From: Octopus sinensis
Lineage: Eukaryota
Direction: 5' to 3'
Length of the DNA stretch: 64,000 nt
NCBI RefSeq assembly: GCF_006345805.1
Contig: NC_043026.1
Span: 5,766,001 to 5,830,000, forward strand
A program made the translations under genes and the position numbers. The notes under the pieces were generated by a model, which did not search any database, was not told the origin of the DNA, and saw nothing but the letters and a program-made list of their open reading frames with translations. Shown in pieces: positions 52,682-64,000 of this stretch (position 1 is its first letter; each line of letters opens with the position of its first letter).

Positions 52682-53646
52682 CGACAGGCTTCTTTCAGTT
52701 TCTGTCTACCAAATCCACTCACAAGGCATTGGTCGGCCCGGGGCTATAGCAGAAGACACTTACCCAAGATGCCACGCAGTGGGACTGAACCCGGAACCAT
52801 GTGGTTGGTTAGCAAGCTACTTACCACACAGCCACTCCTATATACATATATACGACGGGCTTCTTTCAGTTTCCGTCAACCAATCCTCTCCACAAGGCAT
52901 TGGTCGGCTTGAGGCTATAGCAGAAGACACTTACCCAAGATGCCACGCAGTGGGACTGAACCCGGAACCATGTGGTTGGTAAGCAAGCTACTTACCACGC
53001 AGCCACTCCTGAGCCTTATGTGTGTCTATGCATATTCTTTTATTCATTTGTCATTTGACTGTGGCCATGCTGGAGCACCACCTTTAGTCGGACAAATCGA
53101 CCCCCAGGACTTATTCTTTGTAAGCCTAGTACTTATTCTATCGGCTTCTTTTGCCAAACCGCTAAGTTACGGGGACATAAACACACCAGCATCGGTTGTC
53201 AAGCGATGTTGGGGGGACAAACACAGACACACAAACATATATATGTATGTATGTATGTATGTGTATATATATGCGACGGACTTCTTTCAGTTTCTGTCTA
53301 CCAAATCCACTTTGCCAGCCCGAGGCTATAGTAGAAGACACTTGCCCATGGTGCCACGCAGTGGGACTGAACCGAGAACCGTGTGGTTGTTAAGTGAGCT
53401 ACTTAACTCACAGTCACTCCTGCACGTATGTTGGTGTATATACATGTTTGTGTGTGTGTGGTGTGTGTGTGTGTAACATTCTAGGTGCGATCCCAAGGCC
53501 ATTCATGACCGTAGGGGGTCTTTAAATGACAGGATTGGTTATAACTTTTGCTGCAATTTTCTTTTCTGAAAGGATTGGTAGAAATCAGTGTGTATGTGTG
53601 TGTTTATATAATATATATATATTATATATATATATAATATATATAT

Positions 53647-53678
<32 letters not shown>

Positions 53679-53808
53679 ACATACATACATACATATATAT
53701 ATATATATAATAACATACATACATACATATATATAATATATATATATACATACATACACAACATACACATATATACATACGTATATACATACATACATAT
53801 ATATATAC

Positions 53809-53845
<37 letters not shown>

Positions 53846-54574
53846 CAAATTGAGATAGGGGTTGTAAATGCAACCCTCCATGGGATAACATATATCCATA
53901 GCTGTAGATGTAATCTATACTTATATTTATATTTACTTATATGTACATTCTCTTTTTTATATATATTCTACTTATTATACAACATTACTCTTTTATGTAC
54001 ACTTTTTTATGTACATTCCTTTATGTACACTGATTTGTTCTGCTTTTTTATGTTTAACCCTACAGTCTCTTATGTGGTGGTTTAATAAAGTATGTGATTG
54101 AGTATTATCTGGTAATTGATATTTGATTTAGATGTATTTCTCCATTTTCTTATCTTGTGTGTGTATATATATATATATATATGTATACATACATATATAC
54201 ATATGTGACAATAACTCCACCCTTAATAGACTGAGTGGCACCTTGAAGGGCAGGTTAGGTTATATAATTGCAAGTATAAACCGTTGCAACCATTTTAAAT
54301 ATTACTGATGACAGACAATGATGTGCATGTCTCCTAGTGCCTGAGTATATGTTTAATAATTTTAATAATATCATAAATGAAGACTGTGTGTGTTGGAGGG
54401 AGTTAGTGTGAGGCAGAAGGGTTTTGCACTCCATCTCAACTATCAGTGTTTTACAAATTATTTTGCTGAGTGCTCTGTATTTCGTCTCATGAAGACCTTT
54501 ACATTCAGGATTATGATTTTGAATTTTTATGCAAGTTTTGGGGAAATATTCACTGAGAAGTGGCAATGTTGTTT

Positions 54575-55300
54575 CATAAAATTTCATAAAATTATCAACC
54601 ATCTTACAAACAATAACTCTGAGCACCTTTTCAAACTCCACCCGTCTAACACCCGTGGACATGTCTACAAAGTCAGAAAACAGCACAGCTCCCATGACTT
54701 TAGGAAACATTTTTTCACGCTAAAAGTTGCTGAAGCATGGAACAAACTGCTGGCATCAGTTGTTAGTTGTCGGAGCACTGCATCCTTCAAAACTTCCATG
54801 CTTTCTGAGATTCGCCAACACTACACCTGATTTTCTCCCCTCCATACACACACAAGCATGTATCTGACTCATACACTGTTCACTTCCCAGACATTCGTAC
54901 ATTACTGCATATGCAGACACCCATGAAAATTATAACCATCGTACAAACAATAACTCTGAACACCTTTTCAAACTCCCACCCGTTAACACCCGTGGACATA
55001 TTTACAAAGTCAGAAAACAGACAGCTCCCATGACTTTAGGAATATTTTTTCACGCTGAGAGTTGCTGAAGTATGGAAAACTGTGGCATCAGTTGTAGTTG
55101 TCGGAGCACTGCATCCTTCAAAACTTCCATGCTTCCTGAGATCGCCAAACTACACCTGATTTTCTCCCCTCCATACATACACAAGCATGTATCTAACCTT
55201 GGTCGCTTCCCAGACATTTGTACATTACTGCATATACTTATACGCACTTTCTGATAAGTTGTGGTGCACCTGAGCACTGTATACAATAATTTCATTATTA
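54575..55300 (+). mobile_element. CR1 family 1 3' end, tandemly reiterated
   Basis: Two consecutive HKIINHLTNNNSEHLFK...SEIRQHYT segments; (TTA)-like tail. Confidence 0.85.
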
Positions 55301-55784
55301 TATATTATTTTTATAAGCCGAACACCATCACGATCTTTCACTATCTTCCCAAATCCTTTTGCATTTCAACATAGAATTTTTGTTCCTCCAAAGTCATCTT
55401 GGTATTTTAGCCAGCCTGCATTTTTTTGTGGTACATTTTGTCTGAAAAATTCTTCTTGTATGGGAAGACAAAGAAATAGTTAGATGAAGAAGACAAAGAG
55501 ACGCAGATCTCTATTTTCCAGCATACGAGTTGATGTAGTGTAAACATTCAAACATCGTCTCTGTCTTTCCAAATCCTGCTGCCTTTCAGCATGGAATTTT
55601 TGTTCCAACAAACTTATCTTGGTGTTATATGTCATCCTACCTTTTTTTGATTGTAAATTTTTTGTCTGAAAAATCTGTCTTGTATGCTGGAAAATATGGT
55701 AGACAAACAGATGAAGAGAACAAGAAAGAGACACACAGACAGATACCATATTCTCTGGCATACAAGTTGCTGTAGTGTATAATG

Positions 55785-56219
55785 CAGTGGTTTTCAAACA
55801 GGGTTCCGCCAGTACAGTCCAGGGGTTCCGCAAGAAGTTACAAAACTGCTAAAATCGGAAGTAATTTTTAATTCTCCTGTGCAGATATATGTGCATAAGA
55901 CTATTAAATTATTGCACAGGGGTTCCCTGAGCCATTGGAATGTTTCCTTGGGGTTCCGCTCCAGCAAAAAGATTGAAAAGCACTGGTCTAACTAGTGTCT
56001 AACTGACTGTGTCTAACTCAGTGGTTTTCAACCAGGGTTCCGCCAGTACAGTCCAGGGGTTCCGCAAGAAGTTACAAAACTGCTAAAATCGGCTGTAATT
56101 TTTAATTCTCCTGTGCAGATATGTGTGCATAAGACTATTAAATTATTGCACAGGGGTTCCCCGAGCCAGTGGAATGTTTCCTTGGGGTTCCGCTCCAGCA
56201 GAAAGTTTGAAAAGCACTG
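55785..56219. mobile_element. hAT-type MITE dimer with one shared 8-bp TSD
   Basis: Two ~200-bp units with CAGTGGTTTTCAA/TTGAAAAGCACTG TIRs (55785-55985, 56019-56219); GTATAATG at 55777-55784 and 56220-56227. Confidence 0.88.
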
Positions 56220-56661
56220 GTATAATGTAACTATGTAGGGTAAACTTTCAAACGTCATCTCTCTCTCTCCAAATCCTGTTGCAGTTCAGCATGGAATTTT
56301 TGGTTATAAATTTTTGTCTGAAAAATTCAACTTGTATGCTGGAAAATGTGGTTTTTGGTGGAGAGAAAATACTGAGGCCTTTGTCCTGCAGCAGACTAAA
56401 CATGGGCAATCCAATCCAATCCATTCTAAAAACACCCACATATCTTCAATAACGAATTAAAAGCAATATATGTGCTTTGTTTGTTCACTGGATTTGCAGG
56501 AGTGGCTGTGTGGTAAGTAGCTTGCTTACCAACCACACGGTTCCAGGTTCAGTCCCACTGTGTAGCACCTTGGGCAAGTGTCTTCTACTATAGCCTCGGG
56601 CCGACCTAAGCCTGTGAGTGGATTTGGTAGACGGAAACTGAAAGAAGCCTGTCATATATAC

Positions 56662-56709
<48 letters not shown>

Positions 56710-57156
56710 ATATAATAATGTGTGTGTGTGTGTCTGTGTTTGTCCCCCTAGCATTGCTTGACAACCGATGCTGGTGTGTTTACATCCCCGTCACTTAGCG
56801 GTTCGGCAAAAGAGACCGACAGGATAAGTACTGGGCTTACAAAAGAATAAGTCCTGGGGTCGATTTGCTCGACTAAAAGGCGGTGCTCCAGCATGGCCGC
56901 AGTCAAATGACTGAAACAAGTAAAAGAGAAAAGAGAAAAAGAGAGCGATCCATCCCCGAGTGCTATGCTGCTCCGAATCCAGCGAACAAAGCACGTACAT
57001 TGATTATGTTCGATCAATTATGTCCACGCACACTCACATACATGCATATATATACATACATACACATCACACGTGTGCTGTGTATGGATTAGACCACCTT
57101 TCCAGAATCTGTGACACGTCAGCTTACTCATCATGTGATCTCTCTCTCTATTGCAG

Positions 57157-57246
57157 CATGCAAACGAAGATGTTGAAAAGATGATTTTGGGCAACAAATG
57201 CGACATGGATGACAAGAGACAGGTGTCCAAAGACCGTGGAGATAGT
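57157..57246 (+). CDS. Rab10: Rab10 internal coding exon (human exon 4 equivalent), 90 bp
   Basis: TTGCAG|CATGCAAAC...GATAGT|GTAAGT. Encodes [30 protein letters not shown], including the NKxD G4 motif; phase 0 at both ends. Confidence 0.96.
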
Positions 57247-57298
57247 GTAAGTATAAATCCATAAATGTATGTAACAGTGTCAGTATATATAAGTATGT

Positions 57299-57598
57299 GT
57301 GGAGGCGCGATGGCCCAGTGGTTAGGGCAGCGGACTCGCGGTCGTAGGATCGCGGTTTCGATTCCGGGTGTTGTGTGTGTTTATTGAGCGAAAACACCTA
57401 AAAAGCTCCACGAGGCTCCGGCAAGGAGTGGTGATCCCTGTTGTACTCTTTCACCACTCTTTCTCTCACACTTTCGTCTGTTGGCCTGCTCGCTTAGCCA
57501 GCGGGGTGGCGTCAATCGAAGGCTAAAACAATGCGAACGCATTGTGACCAGCGATGTGTAGCAACATCCGATAGCCTGGTTGGTCACGTGATCACGTG
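57299..57598 (+). mobile_element. Full-length SINE family D with 14-bp TSD, ~50 bp downstream of the Rab10 exon donor
   Basis: TSD atatataagtatgt at 57285-57298 and 57599-57612. Confidence 0.9.
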
Positions 57599-59096
57599 AT
57601 ATATAAGTATGTAAGGGCAGAGTGGCTAGCACGTCGGGCGAAATGCATAGCCGTATTTCGTCTGCCGTTATGTTCTGGGTTCAAATTCCGCCGAGGTCAA
57701 CTTTGCCTTTCATCTTTTCGGGGTCGATAAATTAAGTACCATTTACGCACTGGGGTCGATATAATCAACTTAATCCGTTTGTCTGTCCTCATTTGTCCCC
57801 TCTGTGTTTAGCCCCTTGTGGGTAGTAAAGAAATATATATAAGGCGGCGAGCTGGCAGAAACGTTAGCACGCCGGGTGAAATGCTTAGCGGTATTTCGTC
57901 TGCCGTTACGTTCTGAGTTCAAATTCCGCCGAGGTCAACTTTGCCTTTCATCCTTTCGGGGTCGACAAATTCTAGTTTGTCCCTTCTGTGTGTAGCCCTT
58001 TGTGGGCAGTATAGAAATAAGAAACTTTAGCACGCCAGGCAAAATGCTTAGCGGCATTTCGTCTGTCTTTACGTTCTGAGTTCAAATTCCACAGAGGTCG
58101 GCTTAGCCTTTCATCCTTTAAAAGCGGCAAACTGGCAGAATTGTTAGCACGCTGGGCGAAATGCGTAGCCGTATTTTGTCTGCCATTACGTTCTGAGTTC
58201 AAATTCCGCTGAGGTCGACTTTGCCTTTCATCCTTTCGGGGTCGATAAATTAAGTACCAGTTACGCACTATCGACTTAATCTGTTTGTCTGTCCTTGTTT
58301 GTCCTCTCTGTGTTTAGCCCCTTGTGGGTAGTAAAGAAATAGGTATTTCATCTGGTGCTACGTTCTGGGTTCAAATTCTGCCGAGGTCAACTTTGACTTT
58401 CATCATTTCAGGGTTGATTAAATAAGTACCAGTTACGCACTGGGGTCGATATAATCGACTTAATCCCTTTGTCCTTGTTTGTCCCTTCTATGTTCACCCC
58501 CCCCCCCTGTAGGCAATAAAGAAATATATAAGTATATAGAGGTGGTGATACAGAGAAACACAATTAGGTTTGATATATACAAATATACATACATATGTGG
58601 AGATGTGGAGCTTAGTGGTTGGGGTTACTTGGCTTATGATTGTAAGGTCACGAGTTCAATTCCTGGCAGTGCACTATGTCCTTGAGCTAGGCACTTCTAT
58701 TTCATGTTGCTTCAGTCCACTCGGCTGGCAAAAATTAGCTGTGCCTGGGATCCAGAATGGCCAGCCTTGTCATGTTCTGTGTCATGCTGAATCTCCACGA
58801 GAACTACATTAAGAGTACGCATGTCTGTGGAATACTCATCCACTTGCACGTCAGTTCAGTTGCTCCGTTCAGTGTGCATATGCGCATTGCATGTTCATAC
58901 TTCTCTTTCTGGTTCCTACTTAAAGCCATTGTATGTATGTTGGTAAGTAGGTTTCTTACCAACCACATGGTTCCTGGTTCAGTCCCACTGCGTGGCATCT
59001 TGGGCAAGTGTCTTCGACTATAGCCCCGGGCTGACCAAAGCCTTGTGAGTGGATTTGGTAGACAGAAACTGAAAGAAGCCCGTCGTGTGTATATAT

Positions 59097-59129
<33 letters not shown>

Positions 59130-59139
59130 GTTAATTATG

Positions 59140-59275
59140 GGAAAGAATGGAGCTGAACGAAGATTTAACAAAGTTCCTTTATTTTATTTTCGACATATGT
59201 TTTGAAGTCTGCAAAATCCCTAATTCCGAATGAATAAGGAGTCCATTATGCAGCTTTCTCTTCAGGAAAAACCAG
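59140..59275 (-). mobile_element. Diverged member of the 52086 family with a degenerate hammerhead (G12 to A)
   Basis: Shares gaatggagctgaacg.agatt.aaca and ctttctcttcaggaa with the 52086 arm; minus strand UUUUC-CUGAAGA-stem II-AAA-ACAUAUGU-C-GAAAA. Confidence 0.65.
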
Positions 59276-60254
59276 GAACTTAATTGCTACCCAGGTATCA
59301 GTTATCTTTCGAATTATCCGTAATAAGATAATTCATTTGTCTACTTAAATATATATATATATATATATATTTGTGTGTCTGTGTTTGTCCCCCTAGCATT
59401 GCTTGACAACCGATGGTGGTGTGTTTATGTCCCCGTTACTTAGCGGTTCGGCAAAAGAGACCGATATAATAAGTACTGGGCTTACAAAAGAATAAGACCC
59501 GGGGTCGAGTTGCTCAATTAAAGGCGGTGCTGGTATGTTTACATCCCCATAACCTAGCGGTTCGGCGAAGGAGACTGATAGAATAAGTACAAGCCTTTTA
59601 AAAAATAGGTACTGGGGGGGTCAATTTATATGACTAAAAATTATTCAGGGCGGTGCTCCAGCTTGGTCGCAGTCTAATGACTGCAACAAGTAAAACAGCC
59701 ACATCATTAAAATCTCACAGCTATGAGATAAAACCCGATTAATTCAGAATAATATGAATAAGCATTGTGTACTGGGGTCCGTTTCTTCAACTAAACCCGT
59801 ATACGTGGTGCCCCAGCATGGCCACAGTCCAAACACTGGAACAAGTAAAAAAAGAAAAAAACATCAAAACTGCCAAGGGAGATAACTGAAATTTTTTGAA
59901 ATGGTGGTGGTGGTAGGAGGAGGAGGAATGACTGACTGAGAAAATTATGGGGAGATAACTGCATGTAGTAAGGGCTTACCAGACTCAAGAGAGCTCTGTT
60001 TGAATAAAACCTAGTTTCAGACGTTCCAGCCATGTACATCCTGTCTTTGCCTCATTTACAGTGGACTGTAAATGGTATCCCATTATCTAACTTGCTCTTC
60101 CATCCCACCTTTTTTTAAAAAAAAAAAAATGATAATAGGCGCAGGAGTGGCTGTGTGGTAAGTAGCTTGGCAAGTGTCTTCTACTATAGCCTCAGGCCGA
60201 CCAAAGCCTTGTGAGCGGATTTGGTAGATGGAAACTGAAAGAAGCCCGTCGCAC

Positions 60255-60289
<35 letters not shown>

Positions 60290-62139
60290 CGTGTACGTTT
60301 GTGTGTCCGTGTTTGTCCCCCTAGCATTGCTTGACAACCGATGCTGATGTGTTTATGTCCCCGTCACCTAGCGGTTTGGCAAAAAGAGACCGATAAGTAC
60401 TAGGCTTAGAAAAGAATAAGTCCCGGGGTCAAGTTGCTCGATTAAAGGCGGTGCTTCAGCATGGCCGCAGTCAAATGCCTGAAACAAGTAAAAGAGTAAA
60501 GAGAGAGTAATAGGGGTGGCTGTGTGGTAAGAAGCTTGCTTCTTAACCACTTGGCTCTGGGTTCAGTCTCACTGCGTGGCACCTTAGGCAAGTGTCTTCT
60601 TCTATAGCCTCAAATTGACCAGAGCCTTGTGAGTGGATTTGGTTGATGGAAACAGAAGCCTGACGTGACCCTTCTGTCTGGCATTCGCCATGATAGATCC
60701 CTAGCCACTACACATTCTTTATTTTCTCTCCTTGCTTCTTTCCGTGTTCCTTTCTGTGGAAGAGCGTAGGCTCGAAATGTTAAAGACTTTTTCACTTCCC
60801 GAGCATTATACTAATACATCTGTTTGTTGTCTACACCACCTGTCTTCATCTTTTTTTGTGAATTCTCCCTATATATATATATATATATCCTAGCTACATG
60901 GTTTCGGGTTCAATCCCAATGCGTGGCACTTTGGGCTGGTGGCTTCTACTATAGCCCCGAGCCGACAGAAGCTTTGCTATTGAATTCGGTAGGCGGAAGT
61001 TACTGCCATGTGTGTATATGTGTGTGTAGGTGTTCAGTGCCTCTCCGAAGGAGAGAGAGGGATATATATTCCTTATATATATATATATATGTATATATTT
61101 ATGTGTGTCTGTTTGTTCCCCCCCACCATCACTTGACAACCAATGTTAGTGTGTTTACATTCCTGTAACTTAGCGGTTTGGCAAAAGAGACTGATAGAAT
61201 AAGTACTAGGCTTAACAAAGAATAAGTCCTGAGGTTGGTTTCTTCGACTGGTCACAGTCAAATGACAGAAACAAAAGAAAGTATAAAGGAATATGTAAGC
61301 ATTTTATTGCACTTGAATTTTAACAACAAAATCATACTCGGACCCCAGTTAAGTACCCCCGGTCTAGTGGTTTAGGAACCACGGTGTAGCCCACTATGGT
61401 GTGGTAAACTTTCAGACCCTAGTCTAGATTGCGAATCCTCTGCACTCCAGGATGGTTCAACTCTCCACCAGTTAAAAGCCACCATTTATGGAATGAGGAT
61501 AACAAGGTAGCTTTCGTGCCCGTGCAACTGCCAGTCTATCACGTGTTGTGGGTGGATCTTCAAATTGATACATGCACTCTTAGTGGCTTAGAGTAGGCTC
61601 AAGTTAGAGATTATTCTTTTGTGGCTAATGGCATGAGTCCTGATTGGAAGAAGAAGAAGAAGAAGACCACAGCTACTGCATCTGCGCTACAGCCTCAACT
61701 GCGACAAACCAGAAACTGGATTTTTTGGCCACAGGCAAACGCATCACTTTGCCTATCCATTACAGCTTTGACTGCCAACCATGGCCAGCACTCGTAAAGG
61801 ACGTAGTGAACTCATTGGTCAGAGCTGGCGTGGCTCACCCCGGGTGAAGACAACATCATCGTTTAACATCTGCTTTCCATGCTAGCATGGGTTGGACGGT
61901 TCAACTGGGGTCTGGGAAGCCCGAAGGCTGCACCAGGCCAGTCAGATCTGACAGTGTTTCTACAGCTGGATGCCCTTCCTAACGCCAACCACTCCGTGAG
62001 TGTAGTGGGTGCTTTTTACGTGCCACTGACACAGGTGCCAGACGAGGCTGGCGAACGGCCAATCTCGGATGGTACTTTTTACGTGCCACTGGCACGGGTG
62101 CGAGACAAGCTTGGCAAAAGGCCACGATCGGATAGTGAG

Positions 62140-62557
62140 GTTTCCCAGACCCGATCAAACTGTCCAACCCGTGCTAGCAACGGGTGCCAGATGAGGCTGG
62201 CAACGATCGGATGGTGAGGCTTCCCAGACCCCGGTCAAACTGTCCATCCCGTGCTAGCAACGGGTGCCAGACGAGGCTAGCAACGGGTGCCAGACGAGGC
62301 TAGCAACGGTCGGATGGTGAGGCTTCCCAGACCCCAGTCAAACTGTTCAACCTGTGCTAGCAACGGGTGCCAGACGAGGCTGGCAACGGCCACGATCGGA
62401 TGGTGAGGCTTCCCAGACCCCGGTCAAACTGTCCAACCCGTGCTAGCAACGGGTGCCAGACGAGGCTGGCAACGATCGGATGGTGAGGCTTCCCAGACCC
62501 CAGTCAAACTGTCCAACCCGTGCTAGCAACGGGTGCCAGACGAGGCTGGCAACGATC
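62140..62557. repeat. Tandem ~70-80-bp chimeric family C-derived units running into a gap
   Basis: cccagacccc.gtcaaactgtccaacccgtgctagcaacgggtgccagacgaggctggcaacgatcggatggtgaggctt occurs about five times. Confidence 0.85.
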
Positions 62558-62657
62558 NNNNNNNNNNNNNNNNNNNNNNNNNNNNNNNNNNNNNNNNNNN
62601 NNNNNNNNNNNNNNNNNNNNNNNNNNNNNNNNNNNNNNNNNNNNNNNNNNNNNNNNN
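62558..62657. other. Assembly gap (100 N)
   Basis: Run of N. Confidence 1.
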
Positions 62658-62676
62658 ATATATATATATATATATA

Positions 62677-62962
62677 TCACGTGACCGACCAGACCATCAG
62701 ATGTTGTTACACATCGCTGGTCACAATGCGTTACATTGTTTTTTAGCCTTCGAATGACGCCACCTGCTGCTAAGCGAGCAGCCAACAGAAGAAAGGGTGG
62801 GAGAAAGAGTGGTGAAAGAGTACAGCATGGCTCACACCCCTGCCGGAGCCTCGTGGAGCTTTTAGGTGTTTTCGCTCAATAACACAAACGCCTGGTCTGG
62901 GAATCAAACTGCGATCCTAAACCGCGAGTCCGCTGCCCTAACCACTGGGCCATTGCACCTCC
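62677..62962 (-). mobile_element. SINE family D, reverse orientation (a head-only fragment is at 33645-33720)
   Basis: Reverse complement of the 19278-19576 sequence. Confidence 0.88.
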
Positions 62963-64000
62963 TATATATTATTATATATATATATATATATATTAGATAC
63001 ATACACACACACACGCATACATAGATACATATACATGGCTGTGTGATAAGAAGCTTGTTTCTAACCACATGATTCCAGGTTCAGTCCCACGCATGGCACC
63101 TTGGCAAGTGTCTTCTATAGCCTCGGGTTGACCAAAGCCTTGTGAGTGGATTTGATAGATATAAACTGAAAGAAGTCCATTTGATTTATTTATTATATAT
63201 ATATATATATATTATATATATATATATATTATATATATATATATAGAAATGTATGCATGTATGTGTCCATGTTTGTGCCCCCACCACCACCACCAGCACT
63301 TGACAAACTAATGCTGGTGTGTTACGCCCTCGTAACTTAGCAGTTCAGCAAAATAGACCAATATAATAAGTACTGGGCTTACAAAGAATAAGTCCTAGGG
63401 TTGATTTCTTCAACTAAAACCATCTAAGGTGGTGCTCCAGCATAGCCGCAGTCAAATGACTTAAGTAAAAATAATATATGCGTGGCACCTAGGGCAAGTG
63501 TCTTCTATAGCCTACGGCCGACCAAAGCCTTGTGAGTGGATTTGGTAGACGGAAACTGAAAGAAGCCCGTCATATGTATGTGTGTAGATATGTTTGTGTG
63601 TCTGTGTCCCCCCAACATCGCTTGACAACCGATGCTGGTGTGTTTACGCCCTTGTAACTTAGCAGTTTGGCAAAATAGACCAATATAAGTACTAGGCTTA
63701 CAAAGAATAAGTCCTAGGGTCGATTTGCTCGAATAAAGGCGGTGCTCCATCATGGCCACAGTCAAATGATTGAAACAAGTAGAAGAATAAAGAGAAAGGG
63801 AGTCCTGTAAGTGAAGTGTTATTACAGGCATGTGCTCTTCCTGTTGCTAATTATTAAATGTTTTAACTAAGCCAGTGACATGCCGTGCCGGTGGCACGTA
63901 AAAAGCACCCACTACACTCTCGGAGTGGTTGGCGTTAGGAAGGGCATCCAGCTGTAGAAACTCTGCCAGATCAAGATTGGAGTCTGGTGCAGCCATCTGG

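Noticed and set aside
54390-54830. 146-aa ORF
   Set aside because: The 3' half is a CR1 C-terminus and the 5' half has no recognisable homology; a chance read-through.
60740-60795. Hammerhead-like GAAGAGCGTAGGCTCGAAATGT
   Set aside because: No CUGANGA and no pairable stem III in this copy. Possibly a decayed Penelope-like end, but unsupported here.
57247-64000. Rab10 exons 5-6
   Set aside because: No segment encoding an ETSAK-type G5 motif or a C-terminal CC was found; likely beyond the window or in the gap.

Overview
Repeat-saturated eukaryotic DNA; the SINE families and microsatellite load point to an octopus genome (inference). The only host gene I can support is Rab10 on the + strand. 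Three internal coding exons (37305-37365, 45112-45250, 57157-57246; 61/139/90 bp) have canonical splice sites and splice in frame. Coding exon 1 and exons 5-6 were not found in the window. The rest consists of at least four SINE-like families, 3' ends of CR1 and RTE LINEs, relics of mariner, piggyBac and probably Helitron, several MITEs, microsatellites and two 100-N gaps. Nearly all ORFs in the track are artefacts of these repeats. The most notable hidden structures are: (1) minimal type-I hammerhead ribozyme motifs of the Penelope-like-element kind, one intact copy lying in a ~395-bp inverted repeat inside a Rab10 intron and a relative showing compensatory stem changes; (2) two different MITEs that appear to have moved as dimers; (3) a ~630-bp foldback element with telomere-like motifs. 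Hammerheads in Penelope-like elements are a known class, so I do not claim a wholly new system. Repeat boundaries are approximate unless a TSD or TIR is quoted.
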